Positions 59,101 to 64,000 of a stretch of DNA of 64,000 nt are shown here, piece by piece. Source of the DNA: Octopus vulgaris (Eukaryota); NCBI GenBank assembly GCA_951406725.2, contig OX597822.1, forward strand, positions 79,670,001 to 79,734,000, written 5' to 3'. Position numbers and translations under genes: made by a program. The notes below the pieces were generated by a model. That model was not told the DNA's origin. It saw nothing but the letters and a program-made list of their open reading frames with translations, and made no database searches. Positions within the stretch are counted from its first letter, which is position 1; every line of letters begins with the position of its first letter.

Positions 59101-60773
59101 TTGGACAGAGTTTTCTCCTCCAGTGACTCGCTTTCACCATATCCACATTGATCTGGTTGGACCATGGCCTCTCAGTCGCGGTTTCTCTAACATATTGACA
59201 CTCGTCGATCGTTTCTCTCGTTGGCCTGAAGCCATTCCAATAGTGGACATTTCCGCTGAGTCAGTTGCTCGAGCTTTCGTTTCTACTGGGTTGTTCGCTT
59301 TGGTGTCCCAGCCAAAATAACCACTGATCATGGATGCCAGTTCGGATCTTCCTTATTTCGTGAATTGTCACGAATCCTAGGCGTTCGTCACATTCGTACG
59401 ACCAGCTACCACCCAGCCTCCAACGGGATGGTCGAACGTTTTCAGAGGCAACTGAAGGTCGCTCTACGCGCCACTCTTTATCCGCAGTCTTGGACAGAAT
59501 TCCTGCCTATCGTTGTCTTGGTTGTCGCACTGCTATTAAAGCAGACTTAGGTTTCTCCTCTGCTGAACTCCTTTACGGTACCACCATGACACTCCCTGCT
59601 ACAATGTTAGCGCCAGACAACTCATCGCCTCCTGATCCAACGTCGTATGTCACCAGACTTCGCTCGTATTTCTCAAGTCTTCCACCCATGCATCCGCGTG
59701 ACCAGTCTATTCCCTCTCATGTCCCACTAGGCATTGACAAATGGACTTTTGTTTTTGTTCGGGATGATTCTGTCAAGGGACCTCTCGTTTCTCCTTATAA
59801 GGGACCATTTCGTGTGCTATCGCGCACACCCAAAACCTTTAGTCTCGACATCAATAGTCGGACAGAGACCGTTTCGGTCGACAGACTTAAGAGGGCACAT
59901 TTTGAGGTGTCCACACCCTTCGACGACACTCCAAACACGCCCACCTTTGATCCATTGCAACCAACTACACATCCACCCACATATGCACCTTTGACCACAC
60001 CATCACCTACACATCCACCTTCGGCACCACAACTTAACACAAACACACCTTAAGTCACCAGGACAGGCCGCACTGTGCATTGGTCCAAAAAACTCACTAA
60101 AACTATTTGTATCTGACAATCTCTTTTGTGTTTCATGTGACACACAATTGCTTTCTTGTGTTACTGAACAATTTCAATACACTGCCATTGAACATTTTGT
60201 CAAAAAATGCCAATTCATATTTCTTGCAATTATTTTTCTATTTGACTTTTTTTTGTACCATATCTTGTTGGTTGAGATCAGTTATCATCTTTGCTCTTTC
60301 TTGTGCCTGCTCCAATAATTCTGTTTTTGCACTGCCGTACTCAGGGGAGAGCCCTTGTAGCAGCACAAGCAGTCAGCGCCATATTGGATGAGATCGCGCG
60401 GCAGCCATTGCCATCTCCGAGACTGGAGCGAGATCTCACCTGCATACATTTGCCATGCGCCAGATCACAACGAGGCTCGCGATGGCAAACTGGATATAAG
60501 GGCCCAACAAAACAGATTCTATCTCTTCTTCACCACAAGCGCTTGCTAAACACACTTCGCAGGCTGGATCTCCAGGCTGGTCCTGTCTGCATGTCGTATC
60601 TCCAGAGGCAATGGGCTCGCGTTAACGGAGATGCAACGAGACGCAAACAGCTTGAGATGGCATAGTAAGAGCAACACACTTCATCTATTTTGTGTAACTT
60701 GTAAATAAACTGGTTGTGAATTGCTTTTTACTTAAGACTTCTTTCCTCGCCGGCTGGAGACTGAAACAACACA
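56182..60773 (+). mobile_element. Decayed Ty3/Gypsy LTR retrotransposon (CsRn1-like), 5' LTR missing
   Basis: gag (*FAQLEAYF, LGDRTPSQFL, CWYY..KARKCIQPC), protease (VDIGSS), RT (FGLRNA, YVDDILIAS), RNase H, integrase ([21 protein letters not shown]), GPF motif; many stops and frameshifts. Confidence 0.9.
60356..60773 (+). repeat. 3' LTR of the Gypsy element
   Basis: PPT-like AGGGGAGAG directly before TGTAGC; TATA-like GATATAAG near 60493; AATAAA near 60704; ends near ...AACACA (end approximate). Confidence 0.65.
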
Positions 60774-62179
60774 AAGAACAATTTTAAAGGGAGAAGGCGA
60801 TATTCATTCGATATGGTGAAACTTGCCTCCCATCATATATTTTAATAATATAACATGGATATTAATATGCATAAACAGAAATAGAATTGCCAGTCAAGGG
60901 GAGGTAATAATTAATAAATTACTGGAAAAACCAAATTAGATTATAGAAATTAGTGAATGGGACCAAAAGAGTGGAAGAGATCTACTTAAATAATTAAATA
61001 AATATATTAAATAAATCAATAAGTTAACATTGTACTTAAATTGATAAAATAAAGAGGTTAGATAAAAAGTAAAAAATATATAAATTAAGGTCTTATGAGA
61101 CAGGTGCAAGGTATAATGTCGATAAATTATGTTTAATTATAAGGTATGTGGTATCATAACTATAAAATGTTAAAGTATTCGTCTAAGATACAGGAAAAAA
61201 TTAAAATGAGTAATTTATGTAACTAAAGGCTAGATGATAAAAGAAAATATAAGTTAGTATATTGTGAGATAGGTGTATGGCACAATATAAGCATCGTGGC
61301 ACTCCGTCAGATGCGGTGATGAGGGTTTCAGTTGATCCACTCAACAGGACAGCATGCTCGTGAAATTAATGTGCAAGCGGCTGAGCACTCCACAGAGCGT
61401 GACAAGGTTGGCCTTTTGAAATACAGGTACAACAGAAACAGGAGTGGAAAAAGAGACCGATAGAATAAGTATTAGGCTAACAAAGAATAAGTCCTGGCCG
61501 CACTCAAATGACTGAAACAAGTAAAAGAATAAAAGAATAAAATAATAGGTATATATATATAGGGGAGATGTACACGCATAGCAAGTGATTTGATCTGAGA
61601 TCGTGTGCTGGAACGAAAATAATTGCAGCGTGGAAAGTGTTTGTAAGCCATTTAAGAAACACACAAAAGCCGTTCGATTCACTTCAACATTTAAGTTTAA
61701 TTTGGCAAAATATTTTCGTCGCTAAAATCCGCGACCTGTTCACTGACAAAAATCCGTGCTGCATCTGAGAAAGTAACAGTTAGTTCGTCATATATATGTA
61801 CGTATGTATGTGAGTATGTATGTATACACGCATGTATGCATGCATGCATGTATGTATGTAAGTACGTACATACGCCTGTGTGTATGTATGTATGTATATA
61901 TGTAAGTATGTGTGTGTATATGCACGCACATACACACTATAAACTTAAAGCTATAAACCTGTAGTGATGGATAGATGTAGACTGACCACTCATCACAATA
62001 ATATAAAATTTCAACCTTCCCCGCCGAAACTAGGAAGTGATTTACGACCCTCACCCCCAAAACAAAACTCTAAAACCTATTATCAGACATTTATCTCTAT
62101 ATCACAAAACACCAATCATGCACATTCATGCGCTCACACACGCACACACACGCACACAGACACATGTATATACACACAC

Positions 62180-63410
62180 TCGCACCATGTATGCGCGCAC
62201 ACGCACACAACACCAAGACAATCACACACACGATTGACAAACGAGCACACATATATACACACACCATCCTACAAAATCTCTAAAAAAACACACATCCATT
62301 TACACCACAATGGACCCTGGGACCATTCAAAAACAGCCCACACACAAACACATGTATACATACACACACACAAAGACACATACACCCACACCATATATAC
62401 GCACACAAACACATACTCAATACCAACACATACAAAACGCATATACACACACACGCCACACAGATACACCCAACGGACATGGACACACATACGAACAAAC
62501 ACATACACATGAACACACACGCAACACACTAACAAACATTAACCATACACACACACACACAAGCGGGCACACATATATACACACACCATCCTACCAAACT
62601 TTTAAAAAACACACATCTATTTACACCACAATGGACCCCGGGACCAATCTAAAACAGCCCCCCCCACACAAGCACATATATACATATATATACACACACA
62701 CAAAGACACACACACAGCATTCTGACTTCCACACAGACACACATATACACACGCAGCACCATGCCAAATGCCATCCACACACATACATACATCCACACAC
62801 ACACACACGCAACACCAAGACAATCACACACATGGTTGACAAACGGACACACATATACACACACCATCCTACCAAATTTCTAAAAAACACACATCTATTT
62901 ACACCACAATGGACCCAGTGACCATCCAAAAACAGCCCACACATACACACATAAACACATGTATACATATATATACACACACAAAGACACATACACCCAC
63001 ACCATATATACGCACACACACAAACACATACTTAATACCAACACACGCAAAATGCATATACACACACATGCCACACAGCTACACTCAACAGACATGGACA
63101 CACATACGAACAAACACATACACACTAACGCACACGCAACACACTAATAAACATTAACTACACACATACACACACACACACACAAACGGGCACACATATA
63201 CACACACCATCCTACCCCAAAACATTCTTTAAATAACACACATCTATTTACACCACAATGGACCCTGGAACCAATCAAAAACAGCCCCCCCCCACACACA
63301 AACACATGTATACATATATACACACACACTCACACCAATCTGACCTCTATACAGAGACACATATACACACGCAGTTCCATGCCAAATGCCATCCACACAC
63401 ATACATACAT

Positions 63411-63445
<35 letters not shown>

Positions 63446-63520
63446 ACACCAAGACAACCACACACGCGGTTGAAAAACGGACATACATATACACACACCA
63501 TCCTACCAGATCTTACAAAC
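62180..63520. repeat. Complex CA-rich tandem repeat with ~600-630-bp two-subunit period
   Basis: TTTACACCACAATGGACCC at ~62299, 62620, 62898 and 63247; AACACCAAGACAA at ~62209, 62811 and 63445. Confidence 0.85.
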
Positions 63521-64000
63521 ACACAGACACAACTATTCAATCCACATATGTATATACACACACACACACACAAAGACACACACACTCACCCTGTCCTGAC
63601 CCCTAAATCATTGATGCTTGAAGGAGAGACAAAAAAAGGGTAAATTCTTTTCAGTTCCGCATTACTCCTTCTTTTTCCCCCAACCAAACATACCTACTGT
63701 GTCCCTTGAAATAGATAATATTCTTTAACGCTACCATGGCGGACAGGTCAGTTTTAGCTTCACTACTATTATAATGTAAATCTTTTTGAACTCATAATAT
63801 TCTGTACGTGTATACTGGACTTTTTTAATAATTCCTTCTGGAAATTATCTTGAGAATGTATAATATATTTGTTGTAATCTTTTGTGCCCGTTATTTCAAT
63901 GAGCTTGTGAAACTTTTTTATATTCTCAACATGCTCTTGTCACCAAAAAATGTATATTTATATGGATTGTAGTACTCTGTGTCAACCAATATTCTGTGCA

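Noticed and set aside
62180-63520. CRISPR-like repeat-spacer pattern
   Set aside because: Eukaryotic context, ~300-bp spacers related to each other, and no cas genes.

Overview
Eukaryotic, AT-rich, microsatellite- and transposon-dense DNA. Its SINEs and simple repeats look like octopus (coleoid cephalopod) sequence, which is an inference. The one host gene is a + strand chitin synthase (GT2), reconstructed as 9 phase-consistent GT-AG exons from 2586 to 34640 (3327 nt, 1108 aa plus stop). Its 5' exon(s) lie upstream of the window. It keeps KKRWSQ, DxD, GEDRW, QRRRW and SWGTR but has divergent motifs and a ~184-aa Ser-rich insert. The rest is mobile DNA: a full-length frameshifted mariner, a truncated second mariner, a pogo fragment, RTE-, CR1-, Tx1- and R4/Dong-like LINE fragments, Penelope-like elements with hammerhead-ribozyme-like motifs, Helitron/Helentron-like non-autonomous elements nested in (TA)n, tRNA-derived SINEs, a decayed CsRn1-type Gypsy element with one LTR, two long palindromes and a complex tandem repeat. 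Most short ORFs in the track are microsatellite artefacts. I found no clearly new biological system. The best leads are the divergent chitin synthase, the varied hammerhead-like motifs and the modular rolling-circle-like elements.
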